Positions 36,001 to 48,668 of a DNA stretch of 64,000 bases are shown in pieces (positions within the stretch are counted from its first letter, which is position 1; each line of letters opens with the position of its first letter). The notes under the pieces are model-generated. The model was not told the origin of the DNA and did not search any database. It saw only the letters and a program-made list of their open reading frames with translations. The stretch spans positions 3,501,751 to 3,565,750 of the forward strand of contig OZ037773.1 in the NCBI GenBank assembly GCA_964035545.1, read 5' to 3'. The position numbers and the translations under genes are program-made. This DNA comes from Bugula neritina (lineage: Eukaryota > Animalia > Bryozoa).

Positions 36001-39000
36001 TCTTCATTGGACAGCGTGTAGCAGTAGCACCACTTCAACTCAACCAAATATCTTTTTACTGAGTTGTACCTACCTATCTAGTTGTTACATTTACCTTAGC
36101 AAGGAGCTTGGGAGTTGCTTACCCATTCTGCCGAATAAACTATTTCAAGGTCTATTAAACTAATTTTTGGAGATTGCTACCAGTAAAAGCAAATCAGGGA
36201 GATGTGATATAATGGCCCTGGATTTTATTAACCATTTTCAAACATGTGCCAAGATTTACCAACAGTGAGCTGAATCTGAAGAACAAGAACTGAAGAAAAC
36301 CAATGAAAAAAGGAATACCATCCCAAACCCCTTGTCCTCCTACAACTCTCACCTATCCTCTTATAACTCTCATCTAGTCTTTTATAACATTCACTTATCC
36401 CCTTATAAGCTCCACCTATCCTCTTATAGCATTCACACCCTGTGGCAATGGGCCTCATATTTCCAAACATGAAATATTACACTTGCTTCTTCTATTCTAG
36501 TGACTGCAGACTAAGCAAGGGGGAGAATTTCTACTAGCATCAACACTAATGCTGATAACTATTAAGCATACAATTTGATTAAGTGGAAAAGGCAAAGTTG
36601 TCCATAAAACTGCAGTGCTTAGCCCAAATTCCTTAATTTCATAACCAACTTATTGCTCATCATAAGCTTGTCCTGTACAACTACAAGTTGAGATCTTAGG
36701 TGAAAAACATTCCCTTCTTTGTCAAAGACATGACGACATCATCAGCTTGGCTATACTCCCATCTCTAAACTATTGTTGATTTCATTAAATTCAATTGAGA
36801 TTCAAAAACCTTTGAGAATGTTCAATGAAGTCTAGCAAGTGCTGGCAGGTGTAATGCATAGATTATACTTATAGCCAACTAGTACTACTACTACTACCTA
36901 CTAGTACCACTAATAGTGCTACTACTACTACTACTACCTACTAGTACTACTACTACTACTACTTACTAGTACTACTACTAGTACTACTACTACTACTACT
37001 ACCACTACTATTATTACTACTATTACTACTACTAGCACTAGCACTAAACCTACTACTAATACTACTATTAGTACTACTACCTTTCCAGAAGGCTTTGCAT
37101 TAACATCCAAACTCGATTCACAATCCACCACTTTGGCGGAGCCTTCTATCTTAATAAGATTCTTGTAGAAGTCACTCTCCGCACACAGCCCGTCAATAAA
37201 CAGCTCTGATACCACCATCTCTGGAGAACTCGGGCTAGGCGTATCCATCAGCCAGTTGTTGTTCTCTGATACCAGACACGAAGGCATTGCTGAGTGTAAC
37301 ATGTTAATCTATTACAGTTTGTCGACTTCAACTTCAAGTAGCGAATATGCTATGGCAGATCGAGTTGAAGTGGTGTGAATATCTTTATGTTCAGTTACTC
37401 AATGCTGAAACACTTGCGCTCTCGAATTGATATACCCTTTACCGGTGTTGAAATAGCCAGCATTTATCCCGGAAGGTTTTTGGTAGTCACAGGCTAAACT
37501 TTCTTGGCCTCCAAATGCCTTGGAAATGCTGGTTACACTTACTAGTCCAAATCTAAAGCCAAACTCGACTACTTCACACGTGATGCAGCCTGTAGCTCCG
37601 ACACTCCAGGTTATGCTAGAGCGGGCAGTGGAAATATCATTCGCACCAGAGCAGTATATTCAACTTGCTCTGTGATTGGCCAATTCTTGTGTACAGACGC
37701 TGTGATAGGTTGCAGCAAAGATAAGCCAAGGATTAGGGCAACCATCACTCAAAACCCGGATACTATCGTGCGAATGACATAAAATAAAATTAAACCACAA
37801 GTATGAAAAGGTGGGCGGGATTTACACCATCCTTGGTCCGTAGTTATAATTATATTGTCATAATATGGTTGTTTATGAGCAACTTAATACGAAAATACCA
37901 TCACCATAGAAGACATGGAATTTATGCAGCCATAGTTTGCTATCATTTAATTCCACTCAGTGACCCCAAGTCATATGAAGTCTGTGGTACAGTTTACAGT
38001 TTACAAAAGTTTATGTAGCGACACGACAACTCCAACTCAAGTCAGTTGCTGTTCTTCACTGCGTTTCCATTATCGCATTATGCGAATGGATTTTCTCATT
38101 CGCCCTATGGAAACAGTTGCATCGAAGCAAAACCGCAGCCGGAAATTACACCGAACGGCTCCTTCGATGAAAATTTTCCTTCGCATTATGCGCATCATGG
38201 AAATGGTTCCTTCGGTTAAATCGAATGAAACCTTTTGTGCCGGAGGCAGAGATCAGCATTTGTGGCGGCTAGTTACATAGTTACGCGATGCTAACAATAA
38301 TAATTATAGGTTACAACCTTCGCTAAAGTGTACTTCGACTTTTAAAAATTTAAATTATTTTGTTTATCCTAGCTGCTATTATTTAAAATAATTACTAATC
38401 ATCCTAAATTTGTAAAACTATTCTGCAAGCCAAAGCTTTCTCAAGCTAAAAAAAAGTTGACAGCTATTTTCATTTTGAAAATTTAAATTACTTTTAGTTT
38501 TAAGCTTTTGTTTTTCGATCAAGAAATACGTTATGCTTTCATTGATTTATGGTTTTTTTATTTTAAATAAACTGACTCAAAGTTTGTGTATTTAGTTGAT
38601 TCAATCTATCAAAAATATGGACAGGAATAAAAAATTGTCGTTGTGCATGAACTCAAACTCAAAGTTGGCCATATTAATTATCATTTTAGTTCAGCCGTCA
38701 CAGTTGCAAAGAGAAGATAACTTCGTACGGATTGCATAGGAACGTGTGGTTTTTCCTTCGATGTAATCCGTACGGGCATCCGTACGCATTCATTCGCCTT
38801 CATGGAAACGCAGTGCTTGAAATTTCACAACTTAAATTAATACTTCTATGTGAAAAAGGTTGTTCAACTCTCATGGAGTAGGCTTCACTGAGAATATTCA
38901 AGTAAAACTTGAGTAACACTCGAGTTTATGCAATATTGCAGCATTTGATGTGGTCCAGTCTAGATAGAGGTGGCCTGGCTAACCTTCAGTTGACCTGTAC

Positions 39001-40951
39001 TAGATAAAGGTGCTGGCTGCCAACGTAAACAAAGATACTAAGTTTACATAAACTTAAACATGCTGTCATTTGCTTAGCAAGTCCTGTCAGCAAACAGCCA
39101 AACTAAACAGGATTCTAAAGCAAGCTCTCAAATACTGACACTAAAGTGATGAACTATAACATCATTGTATAACGCTAAAAACTTTAAAATTTCCAAAAAG
39201 TCAGCTAACACTACAAAATTAGAACGTAACCAACAATAACAAGAGGCCCTTTACCTGTAGAAGTGAGACCAATTGCGAAACTAGGATATGACATCACAGG
39301 AAGTGAATAAGAGAATCAGCGCAATGATGTAAAGTGCAAATAAGTACCAGTATGATAATAACTTACAGTACAATAACACCTGACTCACAAATGACTCATA
39401 AAATTTTATTTTTCTATATATTATTATAGATAATATTATTGCAAAATAAGATAAATTTCCACAGACATTAAAAACGAGGTACATTCTATATGAACCGTGA
39501 CATTATAAATAATATCTGGTGGTCTTTTATTTAACATAAATTATTATATGATTGTCAATATATTCAACTGATTACTTTATTACAGCTAGTGCACCTAGAT
39601 GTACAGTGATAACCATTGAAACTATTGCTAGTGCTAAACATGATTTCACTAAACTAGGTAGTAAAAATGGTTCCAGTTTTCATTTGAAATAAAAATATAG
39701 CAATATTATCCATGCATTTCATTAACTTGAAAAAAGCTATAACTTGAAATTGCTATAATTTTAATGGCTCTGCAAACTACGCTAGACCATACTATACTGA
39801 TTTTGGGGCACCAAGTCATTACTAAGGTGGAGATAAATCTCTTCACTTTGAAAGTGTGTGTAAAAAATAAAATGCAGACCAGAGTGATTGGTTTATGGCA
39901 AGTTTTACTAGCAAGAAGTTGGTGAAAAACTCCTTTCTCGATACTATATGTGTAAAGTTGTATGATACGTAATACAGTAATACAGTATGTAATATAGTAA
40001 TATGATATATATTACAGTTATATGATATATAAACAGTCATATATGATATATATTACAGTCATATGCAATATGTAATAGACCATAGAGCTATATTATATGT
40101 AATAGTGCTATATGACATGTAATATAGTCATATGACATGTAATAGTGCTATATGACATGTAATATAGTCATATGACATGCAATAGTGCTATATGACATGT
40201 AATATAGTCACATGACATGTAATAGTGCTATATGACATGTAATATAGTCATATGACATGTAATAGTGCTATATGACATGTAATATATATAGTCATATGAT
40301 ATGCAATAAAGCAGCAAACTGTGAATCCAACATATAAGTAACACATTACATTATTATGGAATAGCCTAATGACAACCAGCACACTAAACCTTATCTCTAC
40401 TTCCTTCAGGGAAGCTATTAAACCCATCTCAAGAGGCAAGAAGTAAAATATATTTCTTTATGAAACTAGTCAATGGAGAGAACAACTCCCTAGAAAACCT
40501 ATACCAGCAGCATAATATTATGTAACATAAGACATGAGTAGGAGGTAAAGTTGCCTTCTTTTCACAGGTGAGTGATTCCCATTGAAACCTTGGGCTCCAC
40601 AACAAAGCACACACCATGTTTAATTACAGGAGCAAAAGAGATAATAAAAATGTTATGGACCCACTTGAAGCATTTCAACATTAGAGAGTCTATTATATGG
40701 TAATTACTAGTGAGAATAACAAGGAAATCAAAGTGTTTACGGATGATTGATGATTTTATGAACATTCTTAGATTTTGTAACTAGTAGTAATTGCTAAGGA
40801 TCTGATTAGGGCAATGAGTAGACTCAGGAAATGCAGATAACCAGCATATCGATGTGAGGGGGGGTGTACACCCAACCCCACACAAGTGTTACATGTAGGG
40901 CATACAGAAAATTTCTACTTAATAATTATCACCAACATAAACATGAAGGTT

Positions 40952-40990
<39 letters not shown>

Positions 40991-42203
40991 GCATCATATT
41001 TGAGATACAACTTGGTTACTTAATACTACCATTCTTTACTAAACATACTTTGATTAAAACTTATATATATCAATGCAGTTATCAACTGAACATGGAAACA
41101 CACATTATAAAGCATACTGAGAAAAAAGATAACATATTGAGATAGAAGAAGATAAGTTTGGCCTGTCAAAGCATCAAATAATCTCAACAAACACAGTGAC
41201 AGTATTACATTATTATATGTACCTGCATTATATCATCATGTTACACGTAGGCTACATGAAATACAGAGCTTGTTAAGACCATAGTTTACTTTCTAAACCA
41301 ATTGGTTGAAATTATTGATTAAGAGAATATTAATTAAAATCAAGCATAATAAGGTGGCTAATTATGCAATAAAAACAAACAATTCATTTTCAATAGAATA
41401 ATCCAGATATTTCATTCATTCAACACGTTTAGGCCCACATGCTTCAAATGTATTTTACTGGCAGATATGTTTCCCAAATCCCAGTTTTCTATAGCTTTAA
41501 ACCAATGATTATAATTGTGTATTAGTGAAAATTAGAAAGTAAGATTTGATACAGTTATAAAATAATGTATAACTCTTGCAGCAAAGCAAAGCAAAATTAT
41601 GAATGACCAATCAGTTTTCCCTTCCACTGTTGACTGACAGACTCTTCCATATAAAAATCATAAAAATAATATGAAATTTAAAATATTAAAACTTAAAATT
41701 AAAAATATAAAATTATTTATTTGAGCTTCAATTGTCAGTTTGAATAACTAAGGAGTTATTCTCTCATTAATGTATGAGGAGATAATTCTAAGTGATCAAT
41801 TGTAATATAATTACATAAGTTCTAGATGACAGAAATAGCATCGGCACACTTTATGCAGGTAATGCCTGGAGATGTAACTAATTGAAAAATTAATTCCACC
41901 CACACAAAACCTCTTCCACAAATTGCCAACTCATCTAGACTCTGAGCCAGACGGCAATAGCAAGGTGAAACAGTGAAATGATGAGGATATATATTAGTCA
42001 ATGTCTGTTGGAATCAATTTCATTAGGTCAGCAGGCTAAGTTTTTATCAGCAAACCTATGGCTAAATTTCCCAATGTTGGGTGAAAACTTAAAATATCTG
42101 AGAAATATCTATAGGGTAAAATGAATACAAAGGAACAAAATATAAACTAAATGTTCTTTTAATATTACTTGGCACATATAGGAGTAAAAAATCCTTGCAA
42201 GTG

Positions 42204-42241
<38 letters not shown>

Positions 42242-45200
42242 GCTACTGCTACTGCTACTGCTACTGCTACTACTACTACTACTACCGCTACTACTGCTAC
42301 TACTGCTACTACTACTTTTAAGATCAGTACCATTATCACTGCTGCTATTACTTTATTGCAACTGTTACTACTGCCAGTACAACTACTGCAACGGTTACTA
42401 TCACAATTTATGGCTAATGTGACTAACTTACCAGGGGGTCTTTTATGGCCTCCAGGTAGGGGGTGCTGGGGGTGTGCAGGGCTGAGAGAACTGAGTCTAC
42501 ACTCACACAATCCGACTGCAGTTGTGGTTGCTGTGTGCTGTACAAGTTGAATAACGACTCGACATCATTGTCAATAGGAGCGGAGACTGGGTGCTTCGAC
42601 TCCTTCAAACTATAAATAGAAAAGTCAACCGCTACATACAGGATCACACAACTCCAACTTCTTGTTAATGTGATAAGGTTCCTGAAACTTTCCAGACTTC
42701 TCATGAACCCGATGACCAGTTTACGGTCAGTTCTACTGCCAGGGCAAGATGGGCAGCTAGTCCAGGAAGCTATTCCGCCGAGATAAAAGTTGGTCACATG
42801 GACCTCTTTGATCTCTTCTGTTAATTTATATTTATAATATAGAACTAGTCAAAGTCATATTAATTATTTATTCAAATGTGTATCATGATTTTATATATAA
42901 TCTATTGATCTTGAGAAGATGTAGAGAAAGCCGAAACAAGGAAGTCTGATCAGTAGCACAGCAGTCTGTCTCTTCTAGCAATATCACTAACTCCTGCACT
43001 AGTACTATCACTGTGTTTAACGGCAGTGGGACTGGTCAAACAGTTACTAGTTACAGTTACTAGTTCAACTAGTAACTGTTTGACTAGTAACTGTGACTAG
43101 GTAACTAGTACTATCACTGTTATTAACGACAGTGGGACTAGTCAAACAGTTCGGCGAATCTGACTAGACTTGAATGATGGATCATTAGAAATAACTTCTA
43201 CGATTAGCTTACTTTATGTACTCCAACAATAAGAGAGCTCTAGTAGTAACGTAAGCTTGACTAGTAAAGTAGCTGAAGAGTTAACTTCAACAAGTACATG
43301 AAGCAGAATCTGCAAGGGGCCGAGAGAGAGGGGGAGAGAGGGAGGTAGGAGAGAGGGAGGGGGAGAGAGAGAGGGAGGGGGAGAGAGAGGGAGGGAGAGG
43401 CTGCAAGGGGCTGAGAGAGAGGGGGGAGAGAGAGGGGGGAGAGAGAGAGGGGGGAGAGAGAGAGGGAGAGAGAGAGAGAGGGAGAGAGAGAGGGGGAGAG
43501 AGAGAGAGGGAGAGAGAGAGGGGGGAGAGAGAGAGGGCTGAGAGAGAGAGGGGGGAGAGAGAGAGGCTGAGAGAGGGGGAGAGAGGGGGAGAGAGGGGGA
43601 GAGAGAGAGATAGGGAGGGAGAGAGGGGGGAGAGAGGGGGAGAGAGGGGGAGATCTCAACTCACTTGCATACACCTGTTGGCACGCAGCATGCGCATGTA
43701 AGGTCTATATAGCTACCTACACGTCTTTTAACGCCCACACAACAACAACAACCAACTCGAAACACCTCACATTTAATGATACCTTTATGCTAATTTTCTC
43801 ACTTGCCAAAAAGTGACATGATATTATAAGCACATTAACATAATCCCAGGGGAGAAAGTGCAGGGATCTGCCATAGGGCATGCCTAAGGAGCAGCTTTGT
43901 GTCTCTTAGGTTAGGAAGGCATCACTTTCTGAAGTAAGTCAGCCAATCAATTCAAGTAAGTAAGCCAATCAAATCAGCTGCACACCAAACTGTGGCAGCA
44001 AGAAGGCAGCACGCAGTGGATCTCTCTACACATTTCAGCCACAGAATGAATGCACACCATGTAATAACAAATTAATTAGGGATAGCAGCTCACACACCAA
44101 AGAGGTAAAAATAGTAGGCTACCCTCAAAAACCAATACCACCTCAATAAATTACAATATACAATACAGTAACAAACTCCTAGTAGAGTAAGTTCTACTAG
44201 TTCATTGCTATCAGTGTTTGTATTAAATAATGAAAATTATCATGCTCAACTTCCACCAGATAAGATAGTGTACTATTAATATCTTGTAATGAAAAATGTA
44301 AACATATACAAGATTACAATATTCTGTTTAAACATAAGAAATATCATGACAGCACAGTGTCAAGTAGTCAAAGAGACAGCTTATATTCAGCTAACATGTT
44401 TAGCTCATGTTAGAGGAAACGGGAATTGGGCCATCTAAAATTGAAACAGAAAGAACTACAGGCGGTAAATGCACATTTCTTTTCTGAGGAACAAGGTTGA
44501 TGCATGTGACCCAAGAATTTCTATGAACTTTTAGCTATCAGCTGTACACCATACCCCCCCCCCCCCCCCCCTACCTAAACCAGCTCAAGTTGAAACTTGT
44601 CCGGCAACATTTACCTGGCACTTTTCCAAAAGCTAAATGTAAAAATGTGATCATAAACTCTACAAAACCCTTCTTTAAAATTATTGTGCCAAATTCTTAT
44701 TTTTACAACACAAGCATGATCTACAGCTCCCAGGCGCCCCATTGTCCAGCTGTAGTACTACATCTATTACTATCTGAGCCCTAAAACTTCCAACATCAAA
44801 TAAGTTTAGCCCTAGAATCTTACCTTACATCAACTTTAAGAGCTACCAAATGCTTCTCACTTAGCCGTTCCCGCAATGAGCGCTTCTTTCGAGGTTTAGA
44901 TGAAATGCTGTTAGTAGTTGCTTCCTCCTTGACATCAGAGACACTATCTGCAGCAGTCTTTGGAGAACTGAAACAGCAGCAGAAACAGCACTTGAGCGGC
45001 TTCATGTCACTTCTAAGTTTGGATCTAAAGCTAAGGCAGCAAAGACAATGCAGCGAGTTGTAGTAACGGACTAGACTTGCTCTAAAATCCCGTGTGTGTC
45101 AACTTATGCCTACTACACTTCTGAACACCACTAATGTATGCAGTGATAAACTTAGACTCAGTCCCTTGTATTTTCATGCCAATTATAGGAACTCCTCCAA

Positions 45201-48200
45201 CCTTAGGGTACCAGCATAGCCTGCTAGTAAACTACCAACTGAAACCCTTATATAAGTGTAATGAGATGAATGAGTTGACAGTTGAACGCAACTAGGATAA
45301 TTTATAGTTCTTGGCACATAATTATCTTATGTTCAAACAGTAAGAAAAACTGAGTTATTTATGTGATTATGGACAGGATTGGACAGGATTGGTGGAGATG
45401 GAATCACAGAGCTGAAAGGCCATTGGTCAGAATAAAGATATAAGCAATTGATCACAACAGCATTACCACGCAAGCAGGCTACATAAATTACAAAAACTAA
45501 GCCAATGGCTAACAGCAAAAATCAAGACCAACTGTGGCAGGCTAATAACCAAAGTAGTAGCCAAAAGCAAGCTGTATTGTCTAACAAATAACAGTTAACC
45601 ACAAATTTTTAATATTTTATTAAATTAGCAACTTTTTTTCAAGAATTTTCATAATTTACTTTGAAAATATTGAATTGTTTCTGTCGAAATAAAATAATAT
45701 GTTAATTGATGTAACAAAATTGGGTTTAGCGAGAGAAAATATTTGAACAAGTATTTCATAATCAAATAAGGTCTGAACCATGTATCAAGCAGAATCTAAT
45801 TGGATTAGAAGTTGCACTATAGTTTGACAGTTACTATGTTTAGTTATTTCCGGAGGGCTCCATGAGTAATCATTTGTCAAACTGTGTGTTGCATTATATT
45901 TAAATATTGCGAAAATCAAATTATTTGAATCTGTATAGTTGTGGCCGTCAAATGTGAAACTTTACCAGCTGAATAAAAGAAAGTTGCAAAGTTGTCTTCT
46001 CCTTACTACAATCCAAAAATTGCCTAAGCAACTTGTACCAAGCGGACCACATCTGCTACATTCATATGTGAACATACAGCAATAATCATACCCAAACAAC
46101 TTACCATGTGGTATTACAGTAACAGATTTAGATCAGTCAGAATTCGACTTTCCACAAGAACTAGTACACGCAAATGACTCACCGTGCTGTGTCAGAGGTT
46201 GAACCGGCCAGCGGTGACACGGGACTTGCAGAAGACATGCTAGTGGGAGGTGCAGACGTTGGAAGGAAGGCGCTATCAGATGAACTAGCATTGTGTTCCG
46301 CTGCCAGGAAGCCGTAACCGTCCGCATGATCTGTCTGAACATGATACGGATAGTGTATGTTGGAGAAATAGCCGTCTAGACTAGACAGAGAGTCTGCAGA
46401 CGGGCGGCTGTATACCCGACTCGGGTAGGATGAGCTTGAGCTGTCACTCAGTTGTCTGCTAACTACATGTAATACTGAGGGTGGGGGGCTAGAGATCAAG
46501 GAATGTTCACAAGTCTGACTGGTTGGAGAGGACAACTCCTCGGTGGTGTCTAAATTCCCATCAGAACTGGAGGTCCGTTCTAAAGGAGGAGTGTCTATTG
46601 CATGCTCCGCCTCCACTGCTGGCTCCACCCACTCTTCGTGGTCTAGGCTAGCCAGCTGCCACCTATAAATCTCCGCCCCAGTTTCCTCGACGATAGCTTC
46701 AGTTTCGTTTGGCTCCAGAGGAGGTGGAAATTGCAGAGTGGTAGAGGCAGGCCAAACCTTTACTGTGGGAGTCATCATCCCATCATCAGCAGATTCGAAG
46801 AGATTTGTGGGGGTTGTGCTCTCAATCAACTGAATTGGGGGGATAGTAGGGGTGGTGCTAATATCCCTGGATCCGCTCTCTGTGGTGTCAAGTGAGGCAT
46901 CTTCACTGTGTGTCCTGATTAGAGAGCTTGACTGATCAGAGTCAGCATAGAGTCGTCCTCCTCCGCCGTAATCGCTGCCGGCTGGGCTCACGTTACCAGA
47001 CGAATGCAATGCTATGTCGGAGCCATTTCCACTGTCACACCTGCAGCACATAAAACAACTCTAATTCTGAAGATGACCATGATGTATATCTATATCTATA
47101 TAAATATATCTATATAGATATATCTATACATAGCTCTACTAGATACATAGATATGCCTAGCTCTACTAGTTCTATATATATGTCTATATCTAGCTCTACT
47201 AGATATATAAATATGTCTATACGGTAGCTCTACTAGTTCTATAGATATGTCTATATCTAGCTCTACTAGTTCTATAGATATGTCTATATCTAGCTCTACT
47301 AGTTCTATAGATATGTCTGTACTATATTTACCTATAATACTATTACTAGGTCTAAATTAGTACCTGAGCCTAGAAGTGGGCAGTTGAAGGGTGTCTAGTG
47401 GTGGATGATTAGTGCCGGCAGTGGTGGATACAGGAGCTGTGGAGACAGATAGGGGTAGAATGTGGCTGTCGTATGTCGTATAACACACACAGGTATTCAT
47501 GTTGACGTCATCGGTATTATCAGTCAGCTCTACAATGTACGTGTGTTCACTTGAAGATAAGAGATGAAACGTGTGTTCTCTAAGTAAACAATGCTTAGTG
47601 TGCTAGAGAATGGGTGCTTGTACAGTAGCCGGAGCACTCACAGGTGTCTACAGCAAGGTATGGCCATTGTCAGTGAAACAATAGTACCAGTGTCTGTGCA
47701 GGATGATTCAGGTGGCTAACACAGGGGAGTCTGATTAACTTAACATCATTAGTGAGAGTCAGAAATAAATGTGCACTCAAAAGGCATTTATCAACTTTTA
47801 ATTGTCAGTGAGTTGGATATTTAGAGGAAAGACAATTCCGCACAAGGTAGTAAACTGATGGTTGTGAATAGTAGACTATGTCAACCAGAGAGTTAAAGGT
47901 GAAACCTGAAGCTAGAAAATGAGACACCTTTAGCAGGTGATGTTACATAGGTCACACCAACTAACCAAATGATATGTGTGCTTTAGTCTAAACAATAGCT
48001 CAGATGTTACAAGTTACTGTATACCCACTTCCAATTATTTATTATAAAACTATGTTTAAGCATACAGGTGGAAGGATCCAGCACCCCCCCCCCCAGCAAA
48101 ACTCTGGGCATTGGCTGCAGTTTATTATAAACAAGATGTAAACCTGTTGAATTCCATCTGCAAAACCATGTGTTTAGCCGAGGAGATGTTTATTTACTGC

Positions 48201-48668
48201 ACATAACTTGCTGTAAGGTTTTTATACAGACTTCTTTCAAGAAAATACAAAGATGGAGGCAAGTTAATTATGTGAGATGAGTCTTACAGATACCCACGAA
48301 TGAGCTATTGCCTAGAGTAGAGGAAACTACAGTCCAACAAATAATTTGATTTGATGAACAAACAGTAATGGAGTAGTATTAGTTTTCAGTTGTAGTCTCC
48401 ATCAAATATTGGCTGAGTGAACCATTACTTGACTTTGAAATAACCCAAGATAATTATAAACTTTGGTAAATACAAAGTACAAGAAGTTCCATCTTTCCAT
48501 ATTCCAATGACGAGAAGCTGGTGGTTAGACTAACTAACCTGAGGGTAGAGATTTAGCAAGGAATGCCTCCGTTTCCAAAGACATTTCATCAGCAGCGTTT
48601 TGTCTGGTGATACTGGCCCGACGCCCTTTAGCCCGAGGCTCCAAACGTTCTGCATTGTTGTCAGACAT
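21091..48668 (-). CDS. ITPK: Inositol-trisphosphate 3-kinase (ITPK/IP3K family), long isoform about 786 aa. Exons 48539-48668, 47364-47436, 46183-47040, 44829-45081, 33243-33327, 32466-32609, 30693-30820, 22362-22511, 21830-22003, 21091-21456
   Basis: The catalytic exons encode [43 protein letters not shown]...[30 protein letters not shown] and EDGYLIGL, the IP3 3-kinase signatures. Splice phases are consistent (2361 nt). The six kinase exons are near certain; the four N-terminal exons rest on ORF and phase continuity only. Confidence 0.9.
24293..29748 (+). CDS. Nested antisense gene: unknown 453-aa protein with an N-terminal Ser/Arg tandem-repeat region and two C-terminal TM helices. Exons 24293-25299, 25583-25742, 29554-29748
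   Basis: Donor AACAG|gttagt (phase 2) joins acceptor ttcag|T; donor GAA|gtaagt (phase 0) joins acceptor aaacag|GTA. Total 1362 nt, in frame. Hydrophobic segments [24 protein letters not shown] and [29 protein letters not shown] possible non-coding exon at ~23155-23353 ends in AAG|gtaagg. Confidence 0.72.
24361..25030 (+). repeat. Coding minisatellite, 36-bp and 33-bp units ([12 protein letters not shown] / [11 protein letters not shown])
   Basis: About 19 units such as tctagaagtaaaagagtcgcatctatagaagaacat; all length variants preserve the frame. Confidence 0.93.
25300..25389 (+). repeat. 30-bp tandem repeat (3 copies) beginning at a splice donor
   Basis: gt(t/g)agttctaccat(g/c)ta(c/t)tgagccaatcaa x3. 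Confidence 0.9.
25796..26004 (-). mobile_element. tRNA-derived SINE, copy 2
   Basis: Aligns with 7168-7378 over about 210 bp; A box TGGTCTAGGGG and B box GGTTCGAACCC on the minus strand. Confidence 0.8.
26091..29348. mobile_element. 3.26-kb non-autonomous TIR DNA element, superfamily unassigned
   Basis: Left end ATATGTGACCAGTCGCGACAAAACCGGGGATG; reverse complement of right end ATATGTGACCTGGCACCACAAAACAAGGGATG. Inverted subterminal match (tttaaagttggtaact / agttgccaactttaaa). GAT flanks both sides (possible 3-bp TSD). No transposase ORF. Confidence 0.72.
30230..30529. mobile_element. MITE with ~60-bp TIRs and CCC...GGG ends (piggyBac-like termini)
   Basis: ccctcattcccacttactgtacgtaggccgtaac ... 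gttatggcctacagtacggtaagtgtgaatgaaggg. Flanks ataa / taaa are an imperfect TTAA. Confidence 0.7.
30821..32465 (-). other. U12-type (minor spliceosome) GT-AG intron in the IP3K gene
   Basis: 5' splice site GTATCCTTTT (32465-32456); branch sequence TCCTTAAC followed by only tagatatgcag to the acceptor at 30821. The join gives ...[13 protein letters not shown]..., in frame. Confidence 0.88.
30927..31010. repeat. Imperfect inverted repeat / hairpin
   Basis: tttgctcacacgtataaaaatta ... taatttttatacgtgtgagcaaa. Confidence 0.85.
32980..33228. repeat. ~17-bp AT-rich minisatellite (atatacatactatataa-like)
   Basis: Tandem degenerate units directly beside the IP3K donor at 33242. Confidence 0.85.
35330..35540. 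repeat. (ACT)n-type microsatellite; similar tracts at 36880-37080 and 42208-42315
   Basis: Seen directly. Confidence 0.93.
37081..37302 (-). CDS. ITPK: Probable alternative first coding exon of IP3K (short isoform about 422 aa)
   Basis: ATG 37302 MLHSAMPS...NAKPSGK ends at AAG|gtagta (phase 0), matching the phase-0 acceptor at 33327 (KRWQALK). A more GC-rich region with a CCAAT/ATTGG box (gattggccaat, ~37674-37685) lies upstream. Confidence 0.6.
38057..38815. mobile_element. Non-autonomous CACTA/EnSpm-like element (759 bp)
   Basis: TIR CACTGCGTTTCCAT (38057-38070) / ATGGAAACGCAGTG (38802-38815); 3-bp TSD CTT on both sides; subterminal repeated motifs. Confidence 0.8.
40050..40300. repeat. 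Compound minisatellite (about 41-bp unit: atatgacatgtaatagtgct + atatgacatgtaatatagtc)
   Basis: Tandem copies seen directly. Confidence 0.9.
43322..43652. repeat. GA/GGA-rich purine microsatellite
   Basis: Seen directly. Confidence 0.95.
47085..47325. repeat. 31-bp minisatellite (ctagctctactagttctatagatatgtctat-like) in an IP3K intron
   Basis: Tandem degenerate copies. Confidence 0.85.

Noticed and set aside
36094-36126. Possible extra IP3K first exon [10 protein letters not shown] (and [13 protein letters not shown] near 39255-39295)
   Set aside because: Donor phases (2 and 1) do not match the phase-0 acceptor at 33327, and no convincing bridging exon was found.
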